Counted from the stretch's first letter, positions 1-13,281 are shown. The stretch: DNA of 64,000 nt from Penicillus capitatus (GCA_965649825.1 OZ287696.1:2263724-2327723); one strand, 5' to 3'. The notes: a model not told the origin generated them from the letters alone. Program-made: numbers and translations.

Positions 1-3000
1 TGATACCCCTCGATGTGGCCGTCGTCTTGCGAATTGTCTCACTCCATGAGCACAATGGATCGATCTCTTACGAAGAGATCCTGCAACACAGTTCTATGCT
101 ATCGGTCATGCAGGGCATGAGTGCGCTCGAAACGCAAAGTACTGAGAAACCTGCCGCTGTCCGTATGTGCTGATGAATGGCGATGCAGGTGGTGGTGCTT
201 TTTTCTTACTTGTGCCGATTCTGAGAATTGCCTTGCGCTCGGTGCACTCTCCTTTCTTCGATGGCGCATTAAAATGTCTGACGGATCACTGTGCGCCTGG
301 AGAGCGTCTTCCACGATCAGCGATCTTTGATCTCCTCTACCTCGTTCTCTCGCACAGCCCTGCCCTAAAGTCTGTCTTCTCCCATTGTCCATTCACAGGA
401 GCTCAATGCGATGTCTTCTCAGAAGTACCGTCGTGGGTGCTCTGAAACAGCTGTGTCTGGATCTGCTGGATAATGAGCTGTCCGCTTTGCTCGAGGGTCT
501 GCTCTTCGCCAGCCCTGCTGTCCGTGCGGCTGCCTTGGAGGCATTGTCTCTAGTGCCGGCCTTAACAACCGGGATGTCGCTGGAAGATGACAAGATTGCT
601 TCTCTGTTGCTCTTGGCATGTCATGACGTCGATCCACAGAACGCCACACGTGCTCAGGAGTTGCATGCAATCTCCAGAGCATCTATTACAGAAGAACAGA
701 TGGATATCTTGTATCCACTCATGGGACACGAGACAGACGACATCCGCCATGCAACGGTCGGAGCATTGGGCGAATTTCTGGAAACGCACCCACGCAAAAC
801 GCAACGGCTCATCGTCATGGTCATCGACACACTCAAAGGTCGAGGCCCTCTGCCATCCACCTACACTTCTATGTCTGGTTCAGGTGATTGCAGTCGAGAG
901 TGGTTTCTGGGCGGTGCTCTGTTCTTTGAGTTATGTGGGAAGCTCTTTGCGCCGGCTCAGACCAAAATGGCCGTCGATTTTCTCTTGACTCATGGACTGA
1001 CCCATCCTGACGATGTGATCCGTGAGAAAATGGTCGTTGCGGGACTGGCTCTTGTCGATGCCTACGATCCCCGCGATCTCGATGTTCTCTTTGAACTGGT
1101 GGATCAGAAACTGGAAGAAGCAAAGGATCACGAACGCAACACCACAACCGATGATCACATGCGAGAAGGCGCCATTGTTCTGCTGGGCTCATTGGCCAAG
1201 CATCTCAGCCCAGATGACACACGTGTCAAAGACATCATTGCCAATTTGCTGGACGTTCTCTCCACCCCTGCCGAATCCGTCCAGCGTTCCGCATCCATCT
1301 GTCTATCTCCGCTAATGGCCAAATGCCAGTCCGATGCAGCATACGCGACTGAGATCGTCACGAGGCTGAAGAAACAAGTGGCAGAGGGGACAGACTACGG
1401 ACAGCGACGCGGAGCTGCCTATGGCGTTGCCGGAGTGGTCAAAGGATGCGGCATCAGTGCTCTCAAGAACTACCAGATCATGGATACACTGATGGCCTAT
1501 GTTGAAGACAAGGCCAATGCAGCAGCACGGGAAGGGGGCATCTCGGCATTCGATTGCTTGAGTCAGCGACTGGGGAAGCTCTTTGAGCCATACGTCATTC
1601 ATATTCTTCCCATTCTCCTGACCTGCTTCGGAGATGCAGCTCTGTCCGTGCGCCAGACCACAGCCGAAGCATCCAAGACCATCATGCACAATCTCTCTGC
1701 TCCCGGAGTCAAACTCGTTCTGCCTTTGCTGATGAAAGGACTGGAGGAAAAGGCGTGGAGAACGAAGCAGGGGAGTATTCAGTTGTTGGGTGCCATGGCT
1801 TGGTGTGCACCTAAGCAGCTCTCGACCTGTTTGCCAGCAATCGTCCCAAAGCTCATTACTGTCTTGGCCGATCCGCATCCCAAAGTGCACTCCGCTGCCG
1901 AATGTGCTTTGGAAGAGGTCGGTTCGACGATACGCAATCCGGAAGTGCAACAGCTGGTGCCAGATATCCTCAGTGCCATTGCCTATCCCTCAAAGAACAC
2001 CGTGAGCTGTTTGGAGAAGCTTTTGGAATCGCGATTCCAGAACACCATCGACGCTCCCAGTCTGGCATTGATCGTTCCAGTGGTGCATCATGGACTGAAA
2101 GACAGGACGGGAGAGAACAAGAAACGCGCGGCCAGAATTGTCCAGAATCTTTGCAAACTGGTGAACGATCCCAAAGACATGGACCCCTACATTCACCTTC
2201 TGCTGCCCGAGCTCAAGAAAGGCATCGTGGATACGTTGCCGGACGTCCGTGCCCAGGCCTCCAAGGCATTGAGTGGACTGATGTATGACATGGGTAAAGA
2301 GGCGCTTGATGAAGTGATGCCCTGGCTTCTGGAAACGCTGGAATCGAAATCTTCTGCCGTCGAGCGATCCGGTGCCGCTCAGGCCGTCGCCGAAGTGCTG
2401 GCCGTTTTTGGCGATGCCTATTTTGAGAGTCTCTTGCCAAAGATCTTGCAGAACTGCTCTTCAGCGAACGCCATTCTCCGCGAAGGTGGCATCGCCGTCC
2501 TGCGTTTCCTCCCCTTCAGCATGCCAGATCTCTTCCAGAGCAAACTGGACGTCGCCCTCCCTTGCATTCTGGATGGACTGGCAGATGAGAACGAATCGGT
2601 ACGGGATATCAGTCTGGGAGCTGGACGGACATTGGTCGATGTCTATGCTCAGACATCGCTTCCTGTCATCTTGCCAGCTGTCGAGAAAAGCCTCTTCCAT
2701 GCCAACTGGAGAATTCGACAGAGCTCCGTCGAGTTGCTCGGCAATTTGATCTTCAAAGTCGCCGGGACGTCGGGGAAGATCAAACTCGATGGAGGATCGG
2801 ATGATGAGGGTCCAGCCACACAGAGCTGTGGACGAAATCTGATCAAGGCTTTGGGACTTGAACGCCGCAATGCCGTTCTGGCAAAGCTCTATATCGCACG
2901 GTCGGATGTCCAACACCCTGTTCGCACAGCAGCCTTGCACATTTGGAAGACCGTGGTGGTGAACACGCCCAAAACGCTGATGGAGATGTTAACTGCCTTG

Positions 3001-5568
3001 ATGGATTTGATTATCGAGATGCTGGCGTTTGGTGAAGAAGACAGTCGACAGACCTCGGCGCGTTGCCTGGGAGAGCTCGTTCGCAAAATGGGCGACCGAT
3101 TTCTGCCCAAGATCATTCCGATCATGGAATCGTGTTTTTCGTCTGAGAGCATCGAGACGAGGGAAGGGGTGTGTTATGGACTGAGAGAATTGCTGGACAG
3201 TCTGAGCAATGCACAGATGGCAGAGTATCTCCCTGTTCTGCTGCCGACGATCCAATCCACCTTGTGTGACGAGAACTCCGCTGTGCGCATCTCCTTTCCT
3301 CTCTGTCATCATCATCTTGTTTTCAGGTTCGTGAGGCGGCGGCTGTGGCATTCGATGCTCTGTTTAAGGCAGGCGCCAGTTCCGTCGTGGAGTCCGTGAT
3401 TCCAGACCTTATGCACAAACTCGAGCAGGAGAAGATGAGTGATCAGGCGCTGGAAGGATTGAGAGTGATCTTGTCCATTCGACCTCACACTTTTGAAAAC
3501 ATGATTCCGAAGCTCCTGAGAGATCCCACGACGTCACGAAGACTGACGGCATTCGGTGCATTGGCAGAGGTCGCGCCTGGAGCATTGAGAGCACATCTGG
3601 CGTTTCTCCTCAGACATCTGATGAAGATCGGCAGCGAAACGAGCGACGCCACGGAACGCATCACAGCCGCCAGAGAAGCTGGGAAGAAGGTACGGCTTCG
3701 TTCTCTCCTGACCACCCGATCAGGGTCTGGATGCAGGTGATGCGCGTGTACCCTGAAGACCACCTTCAGTCTCTCGTGGCCGAATTGAAGAAGGGTCTGG
3801 AAGACAGTTCCCTTCGCCTCTGTGCCTCGATCTTGATAGCAGCATTGGCCGATGCTCGGCCCATTACGGATTACGTCGAGTCGCTCTTGCAGTCTTTGGT
3901 TTCTCTTATGAGTGAGGAAGATCCTGTCGTCTTGACGGAATGCTGGAAGGCAATGCGGTCCGTTGCGGGAACCGTGGCCAAAGAGATGCGCCCAACCTTC
4001 GTTCGGTTTGTCACTCTTTTTCTCACTCTTTATTTTGACGGCCATTGCATTTCAGCGTGCTCAGCGATGCCGTCGATACGGCTAAAGAGAGAGAACGGAG
4101 AAAAGACCCATCAAAGACTGCCATTATCGTTCCAGGCTTCTGCCTTCCCCAAGGCATCGCCCCTATTCTGCCTTTCTATATCGAAGGCGTCCAGGCATCC
4201 CCGTCTTGTCATGTGTGCAAAACCCGTTGACGATATGTCATATAGGGAGCATCGGGTGATCTGAGAGAATCGTCTGCTACAGGATTGGGCGATTTGGTGT
4301 TTGTCATGGATGCTGCATCACTGAAGCCCTTTGTCGGGTTGATCATGGGTCCACTGATCCGCATCATCAACGATCGTTTTCCATGGCAAGTCAAACTGGC
4401 CATTCTGAAGACGATGGGACAGCTGATCTCGAAGGCTGGGGATGAGATGCGCAAATTTGTGGCCGCCTTGCAGCCCATTTTCCTCAAATGTTTGCCAGAT
4501 CCGACAGAATCGATCCGAGACAGCGCCGCCAAAAATCTCGGCCACTTGACTCGATTGAGTCCACGTATTGACCCTCTGATCAACAACCTCGGCACTTTTG
4601 CTGTCAAAACGGAACCTCCCATGCGCAATGCCTATCTCACCGCTATGGCTGAAGCCCTGACAATCAGCGGCGAAAAAATCTCGCCGCCTGTCCTGCAGAA
4701 AACAGGGACCGTTCTTCTGGACCTTCTCTCCTCTACAGGTCATCTACCTGATGATGTGACAGGTGGATAACATGTGTATGCATGGTAGATGAAAACGAAG
4801 ACAACACGATTGCCTTGGCGGTCTGCTTTGGCAGCTTCTGCAAACACTGTGCGGCAGAGACCATGATCGATGTGTTACAGAAGCGGCTCTCAGAGAACGC
4901 AGCGATCTGGACAGAACGTCTCTTGACAGCGGTTCTGATGGCAACGATTGCGAAACACAGCACGCAACGACTTCAAGAAACGGAGCTCCTTCCACTCTTC
5001 ATCGAGGCCTTGACCAAGGTCTCCATCTCGCATACATGCCTCGTCCTTCACCTCTGTTTCTCAGTTTGCCAGAGATGACAGTATTCCTGTCAAGAAAGCA
5101 GCTTGTCGCGTGGCTGCTCGATTGTTCATGTCAGACAAGAGCGAAGCAGCATCCCAAGCTGCCGTCTTTGTCCTGGTCACCTGTCTCAGTCCCGATCAGA
5201 ACACGGACATCCATGAAGAAGGTCTGCACCTCTCTTCTGCATCCACGCGTCCATACCGACGGTGCTGTTCTTTAGCCCTGAAGTCCATTCAGTGGATCTG
5301 TGCCGATGATGCTGAGCGAATGAAAACGCATCTGAAAGAGATCGTCCCGTTGCTCTGTGCCATGGCTCGCGATGCGGCAGGTTCTAAGAAAGCTGCGTGC
5401 GAGACAGCCATTGCATTGATTCTGGATCTGGGCGACGGATTCGACACCGTGCATACCTTTCTGGCAGACAACCCTGGAGCGACAGCCAAATCTCTCCTGA
5501 CCGAGCCTTATCTTCGCAGAATCCAGCGGTTGACCAAACCCACCGAACACGAGAGCGAGACCTACTGA
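1..5568 (+). CDS. GCN1: GCN1 (HEAT-repeat eIF2-alpha kinase activator), 5' end outside window, multi-exon
   Basis: Recognisable GCN1 motifs (RRGAAYGVAGVVKG, LEEKAWRTKQGSIQLLGAMAWCAPKQLSTCLP, WRIRQSSVELLG); frames join across short introns (e.g. 370-422, 3283-3326, 3690-3736, 4006-4055, 4195-4245); stop TGA 5566-5568. Confidence 0.95.
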
Positions 5569-5790
5569 CAGATGTGTAAACACGCATCACATTGCATAGA
5601 AACGCACGAACAGCATCATCACGTCGATCTCGCTCCCCGCCATCACCAACCACTGCCCTTCGCCGTCTCTTTCATCGTCGTGGCATAGTTGTATGGGGTC
5701 TTCTGTCCTGGACAGAAATCAAGGCCAGCAGTCTATTGGTGCATGACAGCATCGCATGTTGACGAGAGTCCCTGTCGTTTGTTTAGAGAG

Positions 5791-7243
5791 ATGTTCATCG
5801 CTGCGTTGCGATGCGGCACTCGGGCTTTACGTGATCAACGCGCATTCGACGGAATCTGCCACGCATACCATGCCGTTGTCTATCGGCAAAACGGCAATCC
5901 CCAAGACGTGCTGTCGTATGAAGAGCTGCCACGGAAGGAAGAGATCGGCAAAGACGAGATCCGACTGAAAATCTTGGCCGTCATACAACAACACCGATCT
6001 TCGCTTCCCTGACGAAGGTCTCCGCGACAGGCGCCCCTAAACCCAGCCGATATCAATACGATCTTCGGATCGTATCCCTTGGCGCCTCCAGAAGACTCGG
6101 AGACGTTTCCACACATTCCCGGACACGAAGGCGTCGGATGCCTCATAGAAAAGGGCTCCGAGGTCTCTCCTTTTAGCCAAGTCACGATTACTGCAGGATT
6201 TGGATTCTGTGGTGAGGTTGAGGGACTGGCCTGTGGTGATTTGCTCATACCTCTGGCCTCACACCAAGGCACGTGGACGGAAGAGGGTGTGTACAAAGCT
6301 CGGTATTGGCACAAGATTTCAAACAGCTTTCCGATAGACATGGCTGCGACACTGGCCATCAAGTCTGAATCCTCTCGTGCCCACTCTCTATGTAAAGGCC
6401 TTCTGACACAGTCCGCCTACCGCGTGGTGTCTTATACATGATTTTGTGTCTTTGAATGCCGGAGATGTGATCGTGCAAAACGGAGCGACGAGTGCGGTGG
6501 GTCAGTATGTTATCCAGATGGCACGGGTGCTCGGTATCCAGACGGCCAACATCATCCGCAACAGGAACGTCCTCCACGTTTTCTCTCACTCTTTTAGTGG
6601 CGGCAAAATGTGTTAGACCACATCGCAAAGAAACGATGGAGTATCTTCAGTCCCTTGGGGCAACGATCGTTGCATCAGAAGACAACATCCGACCTGCCAT
6701 GTGTATGTCAGATGCATCGATGTCGTCATAGTGTGATATGAAAGAGTGAGATGGTATGTAGATGCAACTGATCTTCCTCTGGGGAGCTTAGGACTGAACG
6801 GCATCGGTGGCAAACACATCGGCCTTCTTACCAAACACCTCAAGTCAGAGATGGGTATCGTCGTTTTGCTCATGTCTGTGTCTTGTAGGCAGTCCTCGAC
6901 GGTTGTGACCTATGGTGGCATGTCCAAGCTGCCGCTATCGATTCCCAATGGCTCCTTCATTTTCAAAGATCTCACATTCAAAGGGTTCTGGTGGTCGGGT
7001 CACACATCGCAGAAGCTCGGCTTTCAACAGAAGGCGCAGCTCATCGATCGCATCGCCGATTTCATTCAGCAGCATAAACTGACCATCCGGTGAGCAGCTC
7101 TCTATCCACCAGAAGACACACGACTAGCCATGTTGATCAGGTGTAAGAGGTATGCACTCTCAGATTACAACGCAGCCCTTGCCGTACACACAGAGCCATT
7201 CAGAGAGAGCAAAATCCTCTTTATACCAGACACATCTAAATGA
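5791..7243 (+). CDS. MECR: Mitochondrial trans-2-enoyl-CoA/ACP reductase (MDR family), 7 introns
   Basis: Spliced motifs APLNPADINTIFGSYP, GHEGVG, NPPTAW, QNGATSAVGQ, VTYGGMSK, FIFKDLTFKGFW; N-terminal targeting-like peptide. Confidence 0.92.
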
Positions 7244-8113
7244 CACTGTCTTCTCGCGTCAAGAAATCTGGATCTCTTTTGAATTTCTCCTCGAAACGCT
7301 TATACCATCTACACACGGGGCAAGTGCGAGTGGAGCGAATGGGGAAGAGGTAGGAGAGGGCACCGTTCGAAGACATTGGCAGGGACGATGAGCTTATCAC
7401 CGTTCTGTGTCGTGCCAAACGATCCCATGAAGGTGTAGAGGTTCATTGCCACACGTTTGGCAAAGTTGGCCTTGGAACCGACGATCGTTGCCTCTCTGCC
7501 CATCACTTCCGACATCGGTTCAACAGACAGACCAATCTGGGCGTCCCTTGTGCGCAGAGCTGTCTCTGTCCACTGCAACAGCACGGATCACAAAACAGCA
7601 GATCCCGGGAGCCTTGAGGCAGGACGAGACAACGCAGGTGATGTCGTTTTGGATACAAGAACAGAAAGATGGGCAGGATGTCTTTCATTTCGCCGTCCAA
7701 AACGTCTCCTTTTGCAAAATGACTGTCCCGGAATTCTCAGAAATCCAGAGATAATTAATTTTGCGTGGATATGGGAAGGCGCTGTGTGATCCTACCTGCA
7801 AAGGAAAGACCTCCGAGACACGATTGGCCGAAATGAAGCCACGATAGGACCAGTCATTGCCGCTCTTGATATAGAGACAGAGCGCTTGGTCGGGAGCCAA
7901 CTGAGTGGGATTGTTGAGAAACAGGCAGATATCGCGTACAGCTGTGAGGTCCTGAAACTTGTCTCCTACTCCCAAAACCTCCACGACAGTGTCAGGCATC
8001 TTGCCTGGGGAAGGCGTTGTCCATACCCAGTGGGTGGGGTCGATAGGTGTACACACTTCGTTCGTCAATGCACCGGTGTGGCCGATGAAGCACAGGCCGA
8101 ACAGAAACGACAT
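7236..8113 (-). CDS. Hikeshi/OPI10-like protein (DUF775), 2 introns
   Basis: MSFLFGLCF...WSYRGFISANRVSEVFPLQ|W...IGLSVEP...FAKRVAMNLYTFMGSF...VFERWYKRFEEKFKRDPDFL matches the family pattern; introns 7573-7795 and a short one near 7314-7370. Confidence 0.88.
7639..7764 (-). ncRNA. Intronic box H/ACA snoRNA, 5' hairpin predicted to guide LSU rRNA pseudouridylation
   Basis: Hairpin (GCAAAAU/AUUUUGC) - H box AAAGGA - hairpin (UUUUGGA/UCCAAAA) - ACA plus 3 nt. Pocket strands UAAUUA and CAGUC pair with the conserved LSU segment GACUG-UU-UAAUUA. It sits in a 223-nt intron in a genome whose introns are mostly ~50 nt. Confidence 0.85.
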
Positions 8114-8256
8114 GGCATCGGTTGAAGCGTTTGATGATATTTCAATTAAGTGCCGTAGCGTCGAGGGCCGCGGCTGCGCAGGGATGCGGGGGGCAGGGAT
8201 GGTTAGAGAGACAACGGCGTGTAAGGATGAGGGGATTTGTGGGAGACGGTTCCAAA

Positions 8257-9298
8257 ATGGCCGCCGAGTTTCATACCACAGATTTTGAGTGAGACATATC
8301 ATACCTCTTGTGACAGACGCACTGAGGACCACCTCATTACCTAGATGGGCAGAATTGTATCGAACCGTGGGCGGCACACTCGAACAGAGAGTAACCGTAA
8401 GGCCCCTGGGAAAGCAGAGGACTGTCTGATGTGACAGATGGTATTGCCAGTTGCCGGATCGAGATGTGCGGGAGCGATCGGGAACTGAGGCATGGGAAGC
8501 ATTCTATGTTACGCATGGCGAGCCGCGTTTCTTCAAAGAACGACGTTATCTTGCGCTTGCCTTTCCATGCCTGGAACAGGAAGATCCGCCGATCACTGTC
8601 CTGGACATGGGCAGCGGATATGGATCGTCAATGCTTCCGCTACTCAAGGCATGGCACGCTGCGTTCGACAGGACGCGTGAGCATTGCTGTTTGATGTGAC
8701 AGGCAAATAGGACCTGTCGCTGTCATGCCATCGATGCCAGTCCAACAGCACTCGCTCTACTACATCGAGCAGCTGAACGCGCAAACATCCCGTCCCATCG
8801 CTTCACGACGTCCTGCATGGACATCTCATGTCCTTCCCTCACGACACACTCTTTCCCGGCCAGAAATACAATGGACTATGCATTGATGGTATGATCGAGA
8901 TGTCCTATCTCTCTGTCTCCATATGCTGATGGACATGGGTCATGTCATAGGTCTTTGTTCTGTCTGCTCTGCCTCCCGATGCGATGCCCACGGCGCTGAG
9001 CAATGCCTATGCGCATCTAGCCATTGGTGGGAAGCTGCTGTTTCGTGACTACGGTTTCTGCGACATGTCACAGTTGCGTTACACTTCCGAGCAGATCCTC
9101 AGTCCACAGCACTACATAAGGAAGGACGGCACATTGGCCAGCTACTTCAAAAAATCAGATATCATAGAAATGGCAGAGGCTTGTGGTTTTGTCACAGAGG
9201 TCTGCGAATACCATTGCCTTTTACTTCGAAATCGAAGACAGGGACACGACATGAAACGTGTGTTCGTTCATGGCATCTTCCGCAAAAGCGAAGAATAG
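8257..9298 (+). CDS. SAM-dependent methyltransferase, METTL2/6-like (tRNA m3C family), 4 introns
   Basis: Spliced MAAEFHTTDFEW...WEAFY...RFFKERRYL...VLDMGSGYG...AIDAS...VFVLSAL...GGKLLFRDYGFCDMSQLRY...YIRKDGTLASYF. Confidence 0.88.
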
Positions 9299-9505
9299 TA
9301 TCATTTGACTTTCTCCCGTCTTTAAGACGCCTCGCTGCTTTGCGGCCTATCCAGACAAAACACCCTTTCCGTGGCGGTTGATATTTCACCGTGCAGAATC
9401 CGAGGTTGCTCGTTGGCATTCTATCCACCTATGTGACCCATGTCTATCCCTTTGCTTAGATTCACTTTTTTCTAACAAGCGCCTATCGTTGTTCGCCTTG
9501 TTCAA

Positions 9506-12168
9506 ATGGCGTCACCGCCCAGTGAAGGAAAGTCCACAGCAGAGACGGCAATGCCAAAACCGCCCCTCCCTAGTCCCTTTGTATCTCGCAAATCAGAATC
9601 GTTTCGTGGAGTTTCGTACTCGCCCCCGGGCGAGGTAGACCCAGTCGCAACGCAGCAGCCAGAGACGACGACGGGAATAAGATCCTTTATTCAGAGTTTT
9701 TGGTCAGGCAGCGGTTCGCTCCCTGCACATGCACGTTCCGATTCGGTGGTGGACGAATTGGCTCGACGGAATTCTAGCGGAGGAGGGAAACGAAACGATG
9801 CAGAGCTGCCACCCAAAGCGACGCGCACCAGTTCGACGCCGCCGGCAGCAGTTGGATTGCCGAGTGTGACACTCGTGGCAACGGAAGCGCCGCCTTCGAA
9901 AGAAACGGAGACATCGGAAATGAATGCGGATACAACATCCGAACGGACAGCAGTACACCAACAGAGCTCGATTCAAAAGGAAAGTGTGTTAGAAAACAAG
10001 AAAGAGGAAAAACAGACCCTTACCACAGAGAAAGGTCCCTCATCTAACTAACCACAGCGAACGGTGCCGTTAGGGTGGCGTGATGATATGTAGGGGAAGA
10101 AAAGGTAGATACGGTACACGTAGAGAAGGCGATAGACCGTACTGGAACCGAGACGATGAATCCGCCTGAGGGGCTGTCTGTTGTGATGGGGGGTTCATCG
10201 GCGACGGAGGCCGCGGCTGGAAAGGAGAAGACATTTGTGGAAGAAGGCGAAAAGCCTGTGGCAATGGAACCTTCTGCTGTGGCTGAAACCCCGAAGCCGC
10301 CGATGCATGATGTCCAATCGCCTCCCACTGCTCCTGCTCCTGCTCCGACGGAACCGATCGAGAAATCCTCAACTGCGGAGAAAGGAACGGGCGTGACGGA
10401 GGGATCAGATCTGAACGAGAGTGCCCCAGTAAAGAAATCCGATTTGCGTAAGGCAGAAACGATGCCTAAATCTTCTCAACAACCAGGTCTCTTCCAAAAA
10501 ATCTTTTCGTTCGGCGGCCGATCAAGGGCAGAACCTAAACAACTCGTTAACAAGGAAGAAGTGGAGCCCGTGAAACCGACGGAGGCTGTCGTTGAGGAGG
10601 CGAAGATTCCGGGCGACGACTCAGCAAAACTATCCGAATCTTCCACTCCCGCCGACGATCCCTCTGGCAGTCGGATGCCTCCCGCCGTGCCTGATCAAAC
10701 GACGGCAAAGATCGCCAGCGACAGAACGGACAAGAAGACAGAAACGACACACGATCGTACATCTTCTGAACTGACGGCAACGGAATTGGACGCTCTTAAG
10801 TCGTCGTTTATGTCTGAGATGCGAAACAAAGGAATCGACGTTGAAGGAAAGTACACGAAGTGCGTGGACATCATCTCTGTTGTCGATTTCTGGATGCCAA
10901 CAGCGTGTGGTGTTGATTCAGGTCAAGTGTAGATTTTGATAGTCCATTGATGTTTCTTCTGGACCTGCACACATTCGCTGTCACACAACACGCATCCGTT
11001 CGTATGGAAGATGTATTAGAAGAGAAATTCGGAGCTGCTCACAAAGTACTTACAGCGTTTAGTGCAGCAACAGCTCGTCAGCGGGAATCACAGAGTCCAC
11101 AACAGATTAGTGGACAAGAGGAAACAGCGCCGTCTTCAGAACAAAAACCACAGGAAGAAGCCGAAGCTACGACGCCTTCTGCTTCAAACCCTACTAGAGA
11201 AGCGGCTAAGTCAAATAAGTTTGCTGAAGAAGTCGGCGATGAACATGCAACATCTGAAAAGCTCATTGAGCAGACGATTGTTTCTCAACCTCCTGTACAG
11301 ACAGGAGAGCACACTGTCTCTTCAAAGCCTGAAGAAATTCCACAATCGAGTGACAAAGCACCGACTAAGGAAACGTATGGACCAGGTTTGTTATGCTAGA
11401 CTCTCCAGTCGATGGAGTAATTGACAGCATACCTGTAGATTTAGTAGATACGGCTCAAGATGTGGTGTCGGAAGAACCCAAGAAAGAGGAGACCCAAGAT
11501 GGCAATGGCGGCGGTGGCGGCGGTGGCGGCGGATCTTCGTCTGAGCCTCGCGTGGAGAACAAGAAACCTCAAATCGTGGTTGACGGACAGGGGGAGCCGA
11601 AACCAAAGCCATCTCCCGTAGCATCCGCTCATGCTGTGGCGGCTGACTCTCCACCAGTAAGCGCGCCCTCTCATGACAAGAGAGCATCTTCCCCCCACCG
11701 ATCGACCTGCTTCATATGTTGTTTCTATCCTCGCGCCGACTAACCATTCCAGTCACCACACAATAAAGATATCTGTGCATATTCAGTCCTGGCCATCTTG
11801 AATAACACTCTGCCAACTGCTGCTCGGTTGCCATATCGTTTATCTTTCATCGTTAGGCCTTTTAGTCGTATTATTTTTTGGAGTATGATGACCTCATTGA
11901 CATGCTCAATTGCACGTGGAGAGAAGCCAAACTCACATTCGATTATCACGCGACCGAATTTCAAATGAAGAACTGCGATTGCATAAGTGGTATCATCTTC
12001 ATCTTCTGGACGTTGACCGTGTGTTGTATTTGTGTTGGGAAGCTGTCTATGAAATCTGTCATCGCTGAAGAAGCGTACCATACCATTTCATCCAAAGTGT
12101 CACATCTCTGTGGGGCAGAATCGGATTGTCTGTCAGTTGTTCGAATCTATATGAGACTTGTTCGTTAG
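9506..12168 (+). CDS. Large low-complexity (Ser/Thr/Glu/Pro/Lys-rich) hypothetical protein; 3' exons uncertain
   Basis: Consecutive + strand ORFs 9506-10051, 10156-10932, 10947-11399, 11393-11743 can be joined by short introns; ORF 11878-12168 is a plausible last exon. No family recognised. Confidence 0.5.
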
Positions 12169-12350
12169 ATGGGTGGTGGTCCGTGTTTGGCGAGTCGTCG
12201 TCTTTCGTTCGTTCGCACTTTGGCTTTTACCATATCAACCAGAACGCTCTCTTCGTTGATCAATGAGCGAGATATACGATATCTCTATCGCAGTTATAAC
12301 GTGCACTCTCAAGGATGCGTGTAAACCATTGCACCATGAACTTCGTATTG

Positions 12351-13247
12351 TTAAAACGCAAGAGATCTCTGCTGATACCATTCATGTGACAAACAAAGAC
12401 AACGCTCAATGCTCTCGACGTCGAACACACCCGTCTGTACATAGTCTAAGCGCACGTCGCTGTCATCATAGGATGTGTGAGAGCAACGGTAAGTACTTAA
12501 GACGTCGCCATTGGCATCGACGACAACGGAGAGTATGGCGTCTGCAAACGACGCTTCGCGTTCGGTCGGGTCAATGATGAGGACGTCTTCGAAGCGCCCG
12601 ACCGTTAGTGCAAGAGGAATGGCGTTTAAGGCGATCGGCTTGCCATCGCCGAAGCCGACAACCATTTCGGCACGTTGATCAGCATCGATCTCGACGACGG
12701 GCAATTCCATTCGCTTCAATACGGCGATGCACGATAGCAGACAGGCATCGAATACGGCACCGTCTGCTTGAAGTACGGATGTCGCTAAGAGCAAACGAAA
12801 ACGCGATGTCGCGTTGGGAATGATGAAGTTCTCGTCGACAATGACGTCGGCGGCGCCGAGAACCGTCTGCAGTCGATGTGCGCATTGCTTCTCGAAAAGC
12901 ATTGCTTTCTGACGGGTCTCGTTGCACAAGGACGTCCACTCAACGGTCACTCCAACGCTATTGCCTTGTGTACTTTCTTCGACCAACAGCACCTGTCATT
13001 TCACGACCATCGCCGTTTGGGCTGCTCTCCTGTCGATGGGTCTTGCCGTGCCCGTCGTCGAAACGACCGTCGAGCCCAGGCGCGTCAGAACCTGTGCCTG
13101 TCCATCGTCGCTCTTAGACGTCGTTTCAACCGAAACCGCCCGCGCCTCGAGTAATGCGCGTTGTCCATCGAGTCGCTGACCTTTGCGAAACAGCTCGGCA
13201 CAGGACCATCGCGGAAACAAAACACGATTCAGCGAGACATGCGTCAT
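12351..13247 (-). CDS. RRP43: Exosome complex RNase PH-like subunit, RRP43-like
   Basis: R-x-DG-x-R N-terminal motif (RLDGQRALLEARAVSV), RLGSTVV, VLQADGAVFDACLLSCIAVL, LIIDPTEREAS; GC-AG intron 12993-13046. Confidence 0.8.
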
Positions 13248-13281
13248 ATCTATCGAACAACAACGGCAATCCCATCCACGC

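Noticed and set aside
10844-10921. Second possible GA-AG intron in the low-complexity gene
   Set aside because: GT donors near 10850 and 10859 with the AG at 10921 restore the frame, so a non-canonical donor is not required.
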